Positions 20,013 through 30,699 of a stretch of 64,000 bases of DNA are shown piece by piece. The DNA comes from Bacteroidales bacterium (GTDB lineage: Bacteria; Bacteroidota; Bacteroidia; Bacteroidales; B18-G4): NCBI GenBank assembly GCA_018401355.1, contig JAGYLD010000005.1, forward strand, positions 1,892 through 65,891. The letters run 5' to 3'. The notes under the pieces were generated by a model that saw only the letters and a list, made by a program, of their open reading frames with translations, was not told the DNA's origin and searched no databases. Within the stretch, counting starts at the first letter, position 1. The number at the start of each line of letters is the position of its first letter. The translations under genes and the position numbers were made by a program.

Positions 20013-20804
20013 TTGAAAAAAGAGAATATCAACCTTCCTGCCGGGAAAAAAATATTTTTTGCTTCCGATTTTCATCTGGGCATACCCAGTCATGACGAAA
20101 GCCTTATCCGGGAAAAAAAGTTGGTGTCCTGGCTTGACTATGTAAAAGATCAAGCATTTGAGATTTATTTAATGGGAGATGTATTTGATTTTTGGTTTGA
20201 ATACAGGACAGTCATCCCAAAAGGCTTTGTGCGCTTGCTGGGTAAACTGGCAGAAATAACTGACAATGGAATACCTGTTCATCTTTTCCGCGGGAACCAC
20301 GACGTTTGGGCATTTGATTATCTGCATAAAGAGATTGGCATTCAACTGCACAGGAACCCACAAGTCAGGATTTATAACAACAAATCGTTTTACCTGGCAC
20401 ACGGAGATGGGCTGGGGCCGGGAGACCACGGATACAAATTCCTGAAAAAAGTCTTTGCCTGTCCATTTTGTCAATGGCTTTTTCGCTGGCTTCATCCAGA
20501 TTGGGGAGCACGCATGGGATTATACTTTTCGGGCAAAAGCAGATTGGCTAACATTGCAAAAGAAGGGAGGAAGGACAATGGAAAACAAAACCTGGAAGAT
20601 GAAATGCTTTATCAATATACAGAAAGCATGATCAATAAAGGTTTTGAGTACAATTATTTCATTTTTGGACACAGGCACCTGCCTGTAAACACAGCAATAT
20701 CAGATAAATCCAACCTGATCATACTGGGAGACTGGATAACAAACTATACTTTTGCTGAATTCTCAGGAGATTCCGTAAAGCTCAGGGATTATAAAAATTC
20801 TTAG
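20013..20804 (+). CDS. lpxH: UDP-2,3-diacylglucosamine diphosphatase (LpxH-family metallophosphoesterase)
   Basis: FFASDFHLG, YLMGDVFDFWFEY, GNHD and GHRH motifs. TTG start at 20013, with no nearby in-frame ATG. Confidence 0.75.
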   Translation: MKKENINLPAGKKIFFASDFHLGIPSHDESLIREKKLVSWLDYVKDQAFEIYLMGDVFDFWFEYRTVIPKGFVRLLGKLAEITDNGIPVHLFRGNHDVWAFDYLHKEIGIQLHRNPQVRIYNNKSFYLAHGDGLGPGDHGYKFLKKVFACPFCQWLFRWLHPDWGARMGLYFSGKSRLANIAKEGRKDNGKQNLEDEMLYQYTESMINKGFEYNYFIFGHRHLPVNTAISDKSNLIILGDWITNYTFAEFSGDSVKLRDYKNS

Positions 20805-21814
20805 ACAAACTTCTCTATCAATTCAATCAACCGATTGGCATATCCAACTTCGTTATCATACCACGCCACAACCTTAACCAGCTTATTTTTCTCACCAAGA
20901 ACTGCAGTTAATCCGGCATCAAATACAGCAGAATGTGTATTTCCAATAACATCAACAGAAACAATCGGATCTTCTGTATATTCAAGGATTCCTTTAAGTG
21001 AGTTTTCAGAAGCCTCCTTAAAAGCATTGTTGATCTCCTCTACACTTGTGCAGGTTTTCAGTGTGCAGGTCAGATCCGTTAAAGAAGCATCCGGTACAGG
21101 CACGCGGATACCTGCTCCTCCAAGATTGTTTTTCAGGTGAGGAAAAATCCTGGTAGAGGCTTTTGCGGCACCTGTAGTTGTCGGCACAATTGAATATGCG
21201 GCAGCTCTGGCACGGCGAAGGTCATTATGAGGAGCATCCAGCAGATTCTGATCTTTGGTGTATGAGTGTACTGTGGTAATAAAACCTTTTTCCACACCCC
21301 ACAAGCGGTCAAGGATCATAATCAGGGGCGCAACATTATTGGTTGTACAGGAAGAATTTGATATGATCACATCACGCTTATCGATCAGGTGATCGTTTAC
21401 ACCCAATACTATATAAGGAACACCATCACTCTCACCTTTCGCTGGCGCGGAAATAACAACTTTTCGGGCACCTGCTTCAGATACATGCCTGATGGCTTCT
21501 TCCTTTTTTACAAAATTACCGGTAGATTCAATAACTACATCAATTCCCAAATCCTTCCATGGCAACAGGCCAGGATCCTCTTCACAAAGAACTTTGATCC
21601 TTTTTTCATCAATAATCAGGTGATCCGCATCATATTCAACCTTACCCGGGAATCTGCCGTGAACAGAATCATACTTTAGCAAATGCGCAAGCACTTTGGC
21701 ATCAGTAAGGTCATTAACCGCAACAATCTCCATATTATTCCTGGAGATCATGTACCTTGATGTAATTCTTCCTATTCTTCCAAAACCATTAATCGCAACC
21801 CTAATCTTTTCCAT
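20801..21814 (-). CDS. gap: type I glyceraldehyde-3-phosphate dehydrogenase
   Basis: INGFGRIGR Rossmann motif, catalytic SNSSCTTN, WYDNE. Confidence 0.93.
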   Translation of the reverse strand: MEKIRVAINGFGRIGRITSRYMISRNNMEIVAVNDLTDAKVLAHLLKYDSVHGRFPGKVEYDADHLIIDEKRIKVLCEEDPGLLPWKDLGIDVVIESTGNFVKKEEAIRHVSEAGARKVVISAPAKGESDGVPYIVLGVNDHLIDKRDVIISNSSCTTNNVAPLIMILDRLWGVEKGFITTVHSYTKDQNLLDAPHNDLRRARAAAYSIVPTTTGAAKASTRIFPHLKNNLGGAGIRVPVPDASLTDLTCTLKTCTSVEEINNAFKEASENSLKGILEYTEDPIVSVDVIGNTHSAVFDAGLTAVLGEKNKLVKVVAWYDNEVGYANRLIELIEKFV

Positions 21815-21882
21815 TTTGTTAATATTTCAGACAGTGCAAAAATATAAATTTGATAGATAAAAAACATTTATCAAAGAATTGT

Positions 21883-21890
21883 TATTTTTG
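21883..21890 (+). promoter_or_regulatory. candidate Bacteroidota -7 promoter box (TAnnTTTG) for the M20 dipeptidase gene
   Basis: tatttttg matches TAnnTTTG exactly, 37 nt upstream of the ATG at 21928. No well-spaced -33 TTTG was seen. Confidence 0.3.
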
Positions 21891-21927
21891 ACATTCTAAA
21901 AAAATTACAAATCAATAAATTAAATTA

Positions 21928-23304
21928 ATGCAAATGGAACATATTAAGAAGTATGTAGAAGAACATAAAGAGAGATTTTTAGAAGAACTTTTTGAATTAA
22001 TCAGAATTCCTTCCATTAGTTCAGAATCAGCCCGTAAGGACGACATGCTGAAGGCAGCTGAATATTGGAAAGCATCCATAATAAAAGCCGGTGCAGACAA
22101 AGCAGAGATATTTCCTACTCCCGGGAATCCTGTTGTATATGGAGAGAAACTTATTGATTCTTCGCTGCCAACGGTGTTGGTTTACGGACACTATGATGTA
22201 ATGCCCGTTGACCCCGTAGAATTATGGAAAACAAAACCATTTGAACCGGTCATTAAGGATGGTAAGATATGGGCACGCGGTGCCGATGATGATAAGGGCC
22301 AGGCATTCATGCATGCAAAAGCTTTCGAGTTGATGGTAAATACAGATACCCTCCCATGTAACGTGAAATTCATGATCGAAGGAGAAGAAGAAGTTGGCTC
22401 AGTAAATCTCGGTAAGTTTTGTGAAGACCATAAAGAAATGTTAAGTGCCGATATTATTCTTGTTTCTGACACTTCGATGTTGGCTCCTGACACTCCATCC
22501 ATCACTACAGGATTGCGTGGATTAAGTTACATGGAAGTTGAGGTAACAGGCCCGAACAGAGATCTTCACTCAGGACTATTCGGTGGCGCTGTAGCCAACC
22601 CCATTAACATTCTTGCCAAGATGATTGCTTCACTTACAGATGAAAACAATCATATCACCATTCCGGGCTTTTATGATGATGTCCTCATAGTTAGCGAAGA
22701 AGAACGAAAAAATATGTCCAGGGCACCATTTAACCTCGAAGATTATAAAAAAGCCATAGACATTGCCGAGGTATGGGGTGAAAAAGGATATTCGACCATG
22801 GAAAGAACCGGAATTCGTCCATCCCTGGATGTAAACGGGATATGGGGCGGTTATACAGGAGAAGGAGCAAAAACTGTTATTCCAAGTAAAGCCCATGCTA
22901 AGATATCCATGCGGCTGGTACCATACCAGGACAATGAAAAGATCAGTAAGCTCTTCGAAGATCACTTCAAAAACATTGCACCACCATGTGTAAAAGTCAG
23001 CGTTAAAGCCCTTCATGGCGGACAAGCTTATGTGTCACCAACCGATATGAAAGCATATAAAGCTGCAGAAAAAGCTTTTGAGGAAGTATATGGCAAAATT
23101 CCTGTACCTGTCAGAAGCGGAGGAAGTATACCCATTATAAGTGCTTTCGAAGAAAAGCTTGGTATAAAAAGTATTTTGATGGGCTTTGGCCTTGAAGCCG
23201 ATGCCATACACTCACCAAATGAAAACTATCCACTTGAACAGTTTTACAATGGAATATCAACCATTCCGCATTTTTACAGATATTTCACGGAAATGATGAA
23301 GTAA
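21928..23304 (+). CDS. M20-family dipeptidase / metallohydrolase
   Basis: 458 aa. LIRIPSISSE, VYGHYDVMPVDP, ARGADDDKG and MIEGEEEVGS motifs. Confidence 0.85.
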   Translation: MQMEHIKKYVEEHKERFLEELFELIRIPSISSESARKDDMLKAAEYWKASIIKAGADKAEIFPTPGNPVVYGEKLIDSSLPTVLVYGHYDVMPVDPVELWKTKPFEPVIKDGKIWARGADDDKGQAFMHAKAFELMVNTDTLPCNVKFMIEGEEEVGSVNLGKFCEDHKEMLSADIILVSDTSMLAPDTPSITTGLRGLSYMEVEVTGPNRDLHSGLFGGAVANPINILAKMIASLTDENNHITIPGFYDDVLIVSEEERKNMSRAPFNLEDYKKAIDIAEVWGEKGYSTMERTGIRPSLDVNGIWGGYTGEGAKTVIPSKAHAKISMRLVPYQDNEKISKLFEDHFKNIAPPCVKVSVKALHGGQAYVSPTDMKAYKAAEKAFEEVYGKIPVPVRSGGSIPIISAFEEKLGIKSILMGFGLEADAIHSPNENYPLEQFYNGISTIPHFYRYFTEMMK

Positions 23305-23420
23305 AAAGAAAGGCCGGTTGGATTTGAACATCATCAGAAGGATCCAGCTGAGCTATGAACCACAATGTATCCTGTCCAATATTGCTCAGGAGGGAAACCA
23401 TCCTGAGAAGCTATGGTGTA

Positions 23421-25517
23421 TTATCTTTTTTCGAATTCAGCCACACCCTTGTCCAGGAATTCAACAAAATCATCCACATCCAGATCATAGGCTTTGTAAG
23501 GAACAAGCAATTCCCCTTCATGGTCGAGGAGTACATAATAAGGCTGGGCATTGGTGCCGAATTGGGATATCTGGAAATCTGCATTGATTTTACCAATGCT
23601 TTTCTTTGTTTTACCATCGTATTCGGAAACAACCCATTGCCCTTCAGGAAGGACAGTTTTATCATCCACATATAATGCAATGATAATAAAGTCTTCTTTA
23701 AGCCTTCTAAGCACTTCAGGGTCAGACCAAACATTGGCTTCCATTTCCCGGCAATTTACACAACCATGCCCTGTAAAGTCTATAAATATTGGTTTATCTA
23801 ATGCTTTGGCACATTCAAGTCCCTGCTGATAATCAAAATACCCTTTCAATCCATGAGGAAGATGAAGAAATTCACCATATTTTGGTTTATCACAGATGGA
23901 CTTTTCATCGCTAGCACCGGGAGATGATAAAGCCACATTGGTTCGCACTATTGCATTGAAGTCGAAATCATGCGAATGCATCGGAGGCAGGTATCCTGAC
24001 AGTGCCTTTAGAGGTGCGCCCCACATTCCCGGGATAAGATAAATCACGAATGCGAATGTTATAATGGCCAGCATTAGCCTTGGCACCCTGATAAAAGGCA
24101 GATCACTGTCATGGGCAAATTTAAGTTTCCCAAGCAAATAAAATCCCATAAGGGTAAACACTACAATCCAGATGGCAAGATAAACTTCCCTGTCTAAAAT
24201 ACCCCAGTGATAAGTTTGATCCGCCACGCTCAGGAATTTTAATCCAAGAGCAATCTCAATAAAACCAAGTACTACTTTCACAGAATTGAGCCATCCGCCT
24301 GACTTTGGAAGATTCTGCAGCCATGATGGGAAAAATGCAAACAGAGTAAATGGAAGTGCAAAGGCAATTGAAAAAGCAAGCATGGCAAAAATTGGCTCAA
24401 ATATTTCTCCCTGAGCCGATTTAACAAGGACTGTTCCTACCAACGGACCTGTACATGAAAATGAAACCAATACCAGTGTCACTGCCATAAAGAATGCACC
24501 AACTATACCTCCCCTGTCAGCTTTGGAATCTGCTTTACTGATCATCCAGCTTGGCAATACAATTTCAAACATTCCAAGAAAAGATGCTGCAAAAAACATA
24601 AAGATCAGGAAAAACAGGATATTCGGCAACCAATGCGTACTCAGCCAGTTAAAGATATCTGCGGTAACACTTCTTCCTCCAACAAAATAAGTAATCAGGA
24701 TAATTACAGCAATAGGTAATGTATACAGTAAAACAATCGAGATGCCATAAACTGATGCCTGAAACCTGCCCTTCTTTTTGTTTTCTCCACCCTTCATGAA
24801 GAAGGATATGGTCATCGGGACCATTGGGAACACACAAGGTGTCAGCAATGCCACGAAACCCCATATTATGGCTTCCAAAATCACATCCCACATAGATTTT
24901 GTGATAACCTTTGGTTTACCAGCTTCCTTTAGCTGCTCACCTTCCCCGGCAGGTTCAATATCATCTGATACACCAATGGTCCCTGTTTCAAACATGGGCT
25001 GGGATTCATCCTGATCTGCTTCTGAAAGTTCAACGCTTTCCCCTCCATTGAAGGAAAATGCAAATTCTTCGTCGGTTGGGGGAAGACAACGGGTATCATC
25101 ACAACTCATGTATTCGATATAGCCTCTGACTGTAACAGGGTTATCATTCAGTATCTTAATCCGCTGTGTAAAAATGGCTTCATGAGAAAAGTATTTCAGC
25201 TCCATTTCAAAATTCGGATCATACTCCATCACTGATTCTGATTCCTTTACCTCTCCAATACGCTCATAACCATCATTTTCTTCAAAAGTAAAAGTAGTGG
25301 CAGGCGGACTCATGGGTATGTCCTGTGAATAAAGATGCCATGTGTCTTCTATGGTTGCCTTAAATATTAATTCAGCTTCTTCATCATTCAGCGTCTTCTT
25401 TTCGAATGACCATTTAACCGGTTCAAATATCTGTGCGACAGTCGAAAAAGAAATGAAAAACGTTGATAGCAATATAGCAAGTGATACAAGCCTGAATGAT
25501 TTTATCGAACTATACAT
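23421..25517 (-). CDS. dsbD: protein-disulfide reductase DsbD family (N-terminal domain, CcdA-like membrane core, C-terminal thioredoxin)
   Basis: Signal peptide from the ATG at 25517 (MYSSIKSFRLVSLAILL...), LTPCVFPMVP and FSCTGP membrane motifs, C-terminal FTGHGCVNCREME. Confidence 0.88.
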   Translation of the reverse strand: MYSSIKSFRLVSLAILLSTFFISFSTVAQIFEPVKWSFEKKTLNDEEAELIFKATIEDTWHLYSQDIPMSPPATTFTFEENDGYERIGEVKESESVMEYDPNFEMELKYFSHEAIFTQRIKILNDNPVTVRGYIEYMSCDDTRCLPPTDEEFAFSFNGGESVELSEADQDESQPMFETGTIGVSDDIEPAGEGEQLKEAGKPKVITKSMWDVILEAIIWGFVALLTPCVFPMVPMTISFFMKGGENKKKGRFQASVYGISIVLLYTLPIAVIILITYFVGGRSVTADIFNWLSTHWLPNILFFLIFMFFAASFLGMFEIVLPSWMISKADSKADRGGIVGAFFMAVTLVLVSFSCTGPLVGTVLVKSAQGEIFEPIFAMLAFSIAFALPFTLFAFFPSWLQNLPKSGGWLNSVKVVLGFIEIALGLKFLSVADQTYHWGILDREVYLAIWIVVFTLMGFYLLGKLKFAHDSDLPFIRVPRLMLAIITFAFVIYLIPGMWGAPLKALSGYLPPMHSHDFDFNAIVRTNVALSSPGASDEKSICDKPKYGEFLHLPHGLKGYFDYQQGLECAKALDKPIFIDFTGHGCVNCREMEANVWSDPEVLRRLKEDFIIIALYVDDKTVLPEGQWVVSEYDGKTKKSIGKINADFQISQFGTNAQPYYVLLDHEGELLVPYKAYDLDVDDFVEFLDKGVAEFEKR

Positions 25518-25620
25518 ATCTAAAGATTTACATTTATAGAATTGCAAAGTTAAGAATATTCCTTTTGAAGAAATCATGGCAAAATAAAAACCCTGAGGGA
25601 ATATGCTATATCAAATGGCA

Positions 25621-26943
25621 TTAATCAAACCGGACGACAAAAACCTTTTTGGTGCTGCCAGTGACTTTAAACCTATCATCGATCCTGTATCCCACTACCC
25701 AAACAATATCATTGCCAGAACACAACAGCCAGGCTTTTTCTTTATCAGGTAAGGATACTTTTTGGTCAATAAAAAAATCGCTGAGTTTCTTTGAATTTTT
25801 CATACCCAATGGATAAAAAACATCTCCCTTCTGCCATTTTCTGAGCTTTAACGGAAATTCAATCTTATCATGATCCAGATAAGCCATATTGGGATTATCA
25901 TTTATTTCACATGCATCCATCTTCATGACTTTAAATTCCAGATGAACCGGTTCGATTATTTCAGGTTTACAGCGTGTAATAATAAATTGCTTTTTCATTG
26001 AATGCGCTTTGGGATCAATTAGTAAGAAATCCCGGTCGCGGGTAAGAATATGGGTTTCGGTTTCTAACTGTTTGCCTGAAATACCATGATTTACAACATA
26101 AAGCAAATCTCCTAACATGCCTGTATTAATCCCAAATGGCTTCAACAATTCGAATAAAACAGTCTCAGGATATTTCAGATTTTTAATTGACGAAATGCTG
26201 ACTAAAAATCGCTCTCCTTTATTCTTAAGAAGATCGTTCCGCAACAAATTAATATAGTCTATATACAACCCATTTATTTGATCAAGTCGTTGCATTGTAT
26301 TATCCATCAATACATTAAAATCATTTTGCAAGGAATTTAATAATGGAACAATTTCATGCCGGATTTTATTCCTGAGATATTTGGTTTCATTGTTTGAACT
26401 ATCTGTTCGGAACCGGATATTCATATCTTTTGCATATTCTTCAATGTCATTTCTTGTAGCAAATAAAATGGGCCGGATAACCTTACCTGATTTAACAGGG
26501 ATTCCTGTTAAACCAGCCAATCCCGTACCACGTAAAAGATTAACAAAAAAAGTCTCAACATTATCATCCAGATTATGCCCGGTAGAGATAAGATCAAAAC
26601 CCTCTGTTTTTCTTATTTCTTCAAACCAGCCATACCTGAGTTCCCTGGCCGCCATCTGGATCGATAAGCCTTTATCCCGGGCATATTGAATAGTGTCAAA
26701 AGATGTATAATAAAAGGAGATATTTCGTTCAGAAGCGATTCCTTGAACGAAATCCGCATCCATATCTGATTCATCTCCCCTAAGCTTAAAATTACAATGG
26801 GCTATACCAACCGGATAATCCGATCGTTCAAAAAGATCAAGCATCACCATAGAATCTATACCTCCACTAACAGCAATTAAAACACGGTTTTGTGGGGCTA
26901 ATAATCCTTTTGTAGTGATAAATTCCTTAAATTGCCTCAACAT
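25621..26943 (-). CDS. tilS: tRNA(Ile)-lysidine synthase
   Basis: PP-loop VLIAVSGGIDSMVM. Start taken at the internal ATG 26943 (MLRQFKEF...), which removes the overlap with the divergent gene. Confidence 0.88.
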   Translation of the reverse strand: MLRQFKEFITTKGLLAPQNRVLIAVSGGIDSMVMLDLFERSDYPVGIAHCNFKLRGDESDMDADFVQGIASERNISFYYTSFDTIQYARDKGLSIQMAARELRYGWFEEIRKTEGFDLISTGHNLDDNVETFFVNLLRGTGLAGLTGIPVKSGKVIRPILFATRNDIEEYAKDMNIRFRTDSSNNETKYLRNKIRHEIVPLLNSLQNDFNVLMDNTMQRLDQINGLYIDYINLLRNDLLKNKGERFLVSISSIKNLKYPETVLFELLKPFGINTGMLGDLLYVVNHGISGKQLETETHILTRDRDFLLIDPKAHSMKKQFIITRCKPEIIEPVHLEFKVMKMDACEINDNPNMAYLDHDKIEFPLKLRKWQKGDVFYPLGMKNSKKLSDFFIDQKVSLPDKEKAWLLCSGNDIVWVVGYRIDDRFKVTGSTKKVFVVRFD

Positions 26944-26987
26944 CAAGACAAAAGTAATTAAATTATAACTTTGAGAACCAGGTAATA

Positions 26988-27779
26988 ATGCTTTTCCAGG
27001 ATGATACAGGCCACCAGATCCAATTAAATGAATACCCTTCAAAAATAATATCCCTATGTCCTTCGATCACAGAAACGCTTTTTGATCTGGGGCTCGAAAA
27101 TGAAATTGCCGGTCTGACATCATTTTGTATCCATCCTTATGATAAAGTCTCCCGGGTAATAAAAGTCGGTGGCCCAAAAAAAGTCGATCTTCAACTAATT
27201 CATTCTCTTGCCCCCGACCTGATCATCGCATCTAAAGAAGAGAACTCGAAAGATGATGTAATGTACCTCAGGAAAAGCTTTTCAGTGTGCACATTCGATG
27301 TCAAGAGTGTATCTGACGCAATCAAAATGATAAAAAGCATTGGAATTTTGACTGGCAAATCAAAAGAAGCTTCAGGAAACGTTTCAAAAATACAAATACA
27401 ACTAGCCAAAGCAACAAAGATCCATACTGATGCCAAAGCATTATATCTCATATGGAAAGACCCATGGATGGCAGCAGGCAATGATACATTCATATCCGAT
27501 ATGATGCAGAGCAATGGCATAATAAACTCCGTATCTGCATCCCGGGCGGCTTATCCGGTTATTCATAATGGCAACAATATCAATACCGACTACATCCTCT
27601 TATCTTCAGAACCATTTCCCTTTTCGAAGAAACATTTCGAGGAGGTAAAAAAAAGATTTGGGCGGAAGAAAATTCTTCTGGTAGACGGGGAAATGTTTTC
27701 ATGGTATGGTACCCGGATAATAAAGGCTTTTCCATACATCAAGGAAATAGCAGAAAAAATAAAAGCCGGCCAGGAATAA
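26988..27779 (+). CDS. BtuF-like / helical-backbone periplasmic-binding-fold protein (cobalamin/metal binding family), no signal peptide
   Basis: PSKIISLCPSITETLFDLGL... and ...DLIIASKEEN... are typical of class III PBPs. The N-terminus MLFQDDTGHQ is not hydrophobic. Confidence 0.65.
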   Translation: MLFQDDTGHQIQLNEYPSKIISLCPSITETLFDLGLENEIAGLTSFCIHPYDKVSRVIKVGGPKKVDLQLIHSLAPDLIIASKEENSKDDVMYLRKSFSVCTFDVKSVSDAIKMIKSIGILTGKSKEASGNVSKIQIQLAKATKIHTDAKALYLIWKDPWMAAGNDTFISDMMQSNGIINSVSASRAAYPVIHNGNNINTDYILLSSEPFPFSKKHFEEVKKRFGRKKILLVDGEMFSWYGTRIIKAFPYIKEIAEKIKAGQE

Positions 27780-27797
27780 GATCAGGGCCGGCTTTTA
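27761..27797. terminator. bidirectional hairpin between convergent genes
   Basis: AAAAGCCGGCC-14 nt-GGCCGGCTTTT. T-runs follow the stem on both strands. The 5' arm overlaps the last codons of the plus-strand gene. Confidence 0.55.
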
Positions 27798-27813
27798 TGA
27801 TATAAGTTTGTAA

Positions 27814-28848
27814 TTACTTAACAATCCAACTATTCTGCCTCAGCAGATCATCCATGCATTTAATCTTGGAGTTTTCTTTTGCCTCTTTAACTTGATCTTG
27901 AAGGGCTTTATCATATGTTGTATCACTTACTGACCTGATAATACCTGTTGCAACAGGATATTCCGGCAAAGTCATACGTACGAGCATATAATGGGTTGTA
28001 TCATCAGGATTATGAGCATCATGTACCAGTATATCCTTTTCAGTAATACCATTTTCGCCAATTGTAACGACTTCCAATCTGGATTTCTCAAGGACCAATC
28101 CCTTATCATGGTTTTTACCAAATATCATTGGTTTTCCATGTTTCAGGAATATCTGGTGATCATCCCTCACATCTTTACCGGTAATTTCTGAATGGATCCT
28201 GTTATTAAAAATAACGCAATTCTGAAGGATTTCCACAACCGACGCTCCCTTGTGCTTTGAGGCAGCAAGAAAAACTTCTTTCATCCTTTTGGGCTCTGTG
28301 TCCACAACCCTGGCAAAGAATGTTCCCTGGGCACCCATTGTCAATTCACCGGGTTTAAATGGATTCTCTATAGTCCCATCCGGCGAAGTCTTTGTAACAC
28401 TGCCTCTCGGAGTTGTCGGAGAATATTGTCCCTTGGTCAGGCCATATATCTTATTATTGAACAACAGAACATTGATATCAATATTTCTTCTAACCAGATG
28501 TATAAAATGATTACCACCAATGGCCATACTGTCTCCATCACCGGTAATATGCCAAATATCCAGATTTGGATTCGCCACTTTCATTCCTGAGGCAATAACT
28601 GCTGCTCTGCCATGAAGTCCATGAAAACCATAAGTATTAATATAGTATGGGAATCTTGAGGAACATCCAATTCCACTGACAAAAACAACATCTTCCTTTC
28701 TGACACCACTTTCTGCAAGTGCACTTTGAACGGAGGAGAGAATTGCAAATGAACCACAACCTGCACACCATTTAACAGGCTGATCGACTTTATAATCTGC
28801 TTTGGTAACTTTTTCAGCCACTTTACTTGGATTTGCTTGGTCTTCCAT
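27814..28848 (-). CDS. korB: 2-oxoglutarate (2-oxoacid):ferredoxin oxidoreductase, beta (TPP-binding) subunit
   Basis: WCAGCGSFAIL, GIGCSSRFPYY and GDGDSMAIGGNH motifs. The substrate is inferred from the two-subunit KorAB architecture. Confidence 0.85.
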   Translation of the reverse strand: MEDQANPSKVAEKVTKADYKVDQPVKWCAGCGSFAILSSVQSALAESGVRKEDVVFVSGIGCSSRFPYYINTYGFHGLHGRAAVIASGMKVANPNLDIWHITGDGDSMAIGGNHFIHLVRRNIDINVLLFNNKIYGLTKGQYSPTTPRGSVTKTSPDGTIENPFKPGELTMGAQGTFFARVVDTEPKRMKEVFLAASKHKGASVVEILQNCVIFNNRIHSEITGKDVRDDHQIFLKHGKPMIFGKNHDKGLVLEKSRLEVVTIGENGITEKDILVHDAHNPDDTTHYMLVRMTLPEYPVATGIIRSVSDTTYDKALQDQVKEAKENSKIKCMDDLLRQNSWIVK

Positions 28849-28851
28849 AAA

Positions 28852-30699
28852 TTAACCCTCCAGTATTTGATTAAATTTTTCTTTGAGTTCAGAGATCATA
28901 AAAGGTATTCCCTGCACTTTATTGTACTGAATAAAATTAAATTCCTGATAAAGAGCTCTCAGGTAAAAAGCGAACTGACCTGCATTCATCTCAACAACGA
29001 TGATTTTTTTAAAGCTTTCAAGGATCTTCTTTGTATTTCTGGGCAATGGTTTAATATAATTAAACTGGGCCAGGCTTATTTTCTTTCCTTCTTCCTGCAA
29101 GTCAGTGACTGCTGAAACAAGCGCGCCATAGGTACCTCCCCAGCCAATTACGAGAAGTTCCCCGGTATCTTCCCCTACCAATTCTAATTCAGGAACGTAA
29201 TTAGCAACGCGTTGCACCTTTTCTTCCCTGAGTTTCACCATTCTTTCATGATTCAAGGGTCCATGAGAAACCAATCCTGTAATATTTTCTTTTTCCAATC
29301 CACCGATTCTGTGTCTTAAGCCTTCCTGGCCAGGGAGGGCCCAATACCTGGCTAAAGTTTCAGGGTTTCTCCCGTATGGTTGATAATCCTCGTCATTATC
29401 TTCCACCATTGGTGGATGAATATCCGGCAATTCCGACATTTCAGGTACTTTCCAGAGTTCAGCTCCATTGGCAAGGTATCCATCAGACAACATTATTACC
29501 GGAACCATATGCTCCAGTGCAATCTTTGCTGCCTGAAATGCATAGAAGAAACAATTCGCAGGAGTGCTTGATGCCAGGACCACGACGGGGCTTTCACCAT
29601 TTCTTCCATATAAGGCCTGCAACAAATCAGATTGTTCGGGCTTTGTTGGCAATCCTGTTGCAGGACCGGCCCTTTGCACATTGATGATCACAAGAGGAAG
29701 TTCTGTCATTACAGCCAAACCAATTGCTTCTCCTTTGAGTGACAAGCCAGGGCCAGAGGTACTGGTAGCAGCCAGATCGCCTGCAAAAGCAGCTCCAATA
29801 GCAGAGTTTATTCCTCCGATTTCATCCTCAGCCTGAAATGTTTTTACACCCAGGCTTTTTCTTTTCGAAAGTTCCTGTAATATCTCAGAAGCAGGGGTAA
29901 TGGGATAAGATCCCAGGAACAGATCTCTTCCTGATTTTTCAGATGCAGCAATGAGTCCCCAGGCAGCAGCGATATTGCCTGTTATATTTCTGAACCGGCC
30001 CGTTCTGCTTTCAATCGGATGGATCTGGTATGTTGTCCTCAGAGCCTCAACAGTCTCCGCATAATTATATCCCGCTCTCAGCACCTTCTTGTTGGCAACT
30101 GCAAGCACAGGTTTGGATTTGAAACGTTGGTCAATATACTGTTCACCATATTTCAAATCCTTATTAAACAACCAGTATAAAATTCCGAGAGCAAATTCAT
30201 TTCTCGTTCTTTCGGCAGATTTGATGTCCAGGCCCAGGTCGCGCACCGAAGCTCTTGACAATGAAGTAATCGGAGCCTTTACAACATTATATCCTAATAA
30301 TGAACCATCGTTAAGCGGATCCTCGACAAAACCGGCTTTTTTATACCCTTTGTTGTCAAAGTAATCAATATCAACAATGATTGTAGCACCAGGTTTTACC
30401 CATGCAATATTTGCTTTTAGTGCTGCAGGATTCAGGGCTACAAGCACATCTGCCTGGTCACCGGGGGTCGTAACCTCCTTGTGTCCAATATGAATCTGGA
30501 AGCCAGATACACCTGCAATAGTTCCCTGGGGGGCTCTGATTTCCGAAGGGAAGTCCGGAAAAGTAGATAAGTCATTACCCGTAAATGCTGTAGTATCAGA
30601 AAACTGAGATCCACTCAACTGCATGCCATCACCGGAATCGCCGGCAAACTTTACTACAATCTCATCAACTTCGATGACTTTAGGTTTGATTTTTGACAT
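28852..30699 (-). CDS. korA: 2-oxoglutarate (2-oxoacid):ferredoxin oxidoreductase, alpha subunit (fused gamma+alpha domains)
   Basis: FAGDSGDGMQLSG... N-terminal gamma-like domain followed by the alpha domain. 3-nt gap to korB. ATG at 30699 preferred over the TTG at 30726. Confidence 0.85.
   Translation of the reverse strand: MSKIKPKVIEVDEIVVKFAGDSGDGMQLSGSQFSDTTAFTGNDLSTFPDFPSEIRAPQGTIAGVSGFQIHIGHKEVTTPGDQADVLVALNPAALKANIAWVKPGATIIVDIDYFDNKGYKKAGFVEDPLNDGSLLGYNVVKAPITSLSRASVRDLGLDIKSAERTRNEFALGILYWLFNKDLKYGEQYIDQRFKSKPVLAVANKKVLRAGYNYAETVEALRTTYQIHPIESRTGRFRNITGNIAAAWGLIAASEKSGRDLFLGSYPITPASEILQELSKRKSLGVKTFQAEDEIGGINSAIGAAFAGDLAATSTSGPGLSLKGEAIGLAVMTELPLVIINVQRAGPATGLPTKPEQSDLLQALYGRNGESPVVVLASSTPANCFFYAFQAAKIALEHMVPVIMLSDGYLANGAELWKVPEMSELPDIHPPMVEDNDEDYQPYGRNPETLARYWALPGQEGLRHRIGGLEKENITGLVSHGPLNHERMVKLREEKVQRVANYVPELELVGEDTGELLVIGWGGTYGALVSAVTDLQEEGKKISLAQFNYIKPLPRNTKKILESFKKIIVVEMNAGQFAFYLRALYQEFNFIQYNKVQGIPFMISELKEKFNQILEG

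Noticed and set aside
23385-23407. 7-bp inverted repeat CTCAGGA-N9-TCCTGAG between convergent genes as a possible terminator
   Set aside because: No T-tract follows the stem on either strand, so it is too weak to call.
23318-23829. Cluster of short ORFs on both strands at the dipeptidase/dsbD junction
   Set aside because: All overlap the well-supported 3' end of dsbD (thioredoxin domain) or the short convergent spacer. None has independent support.
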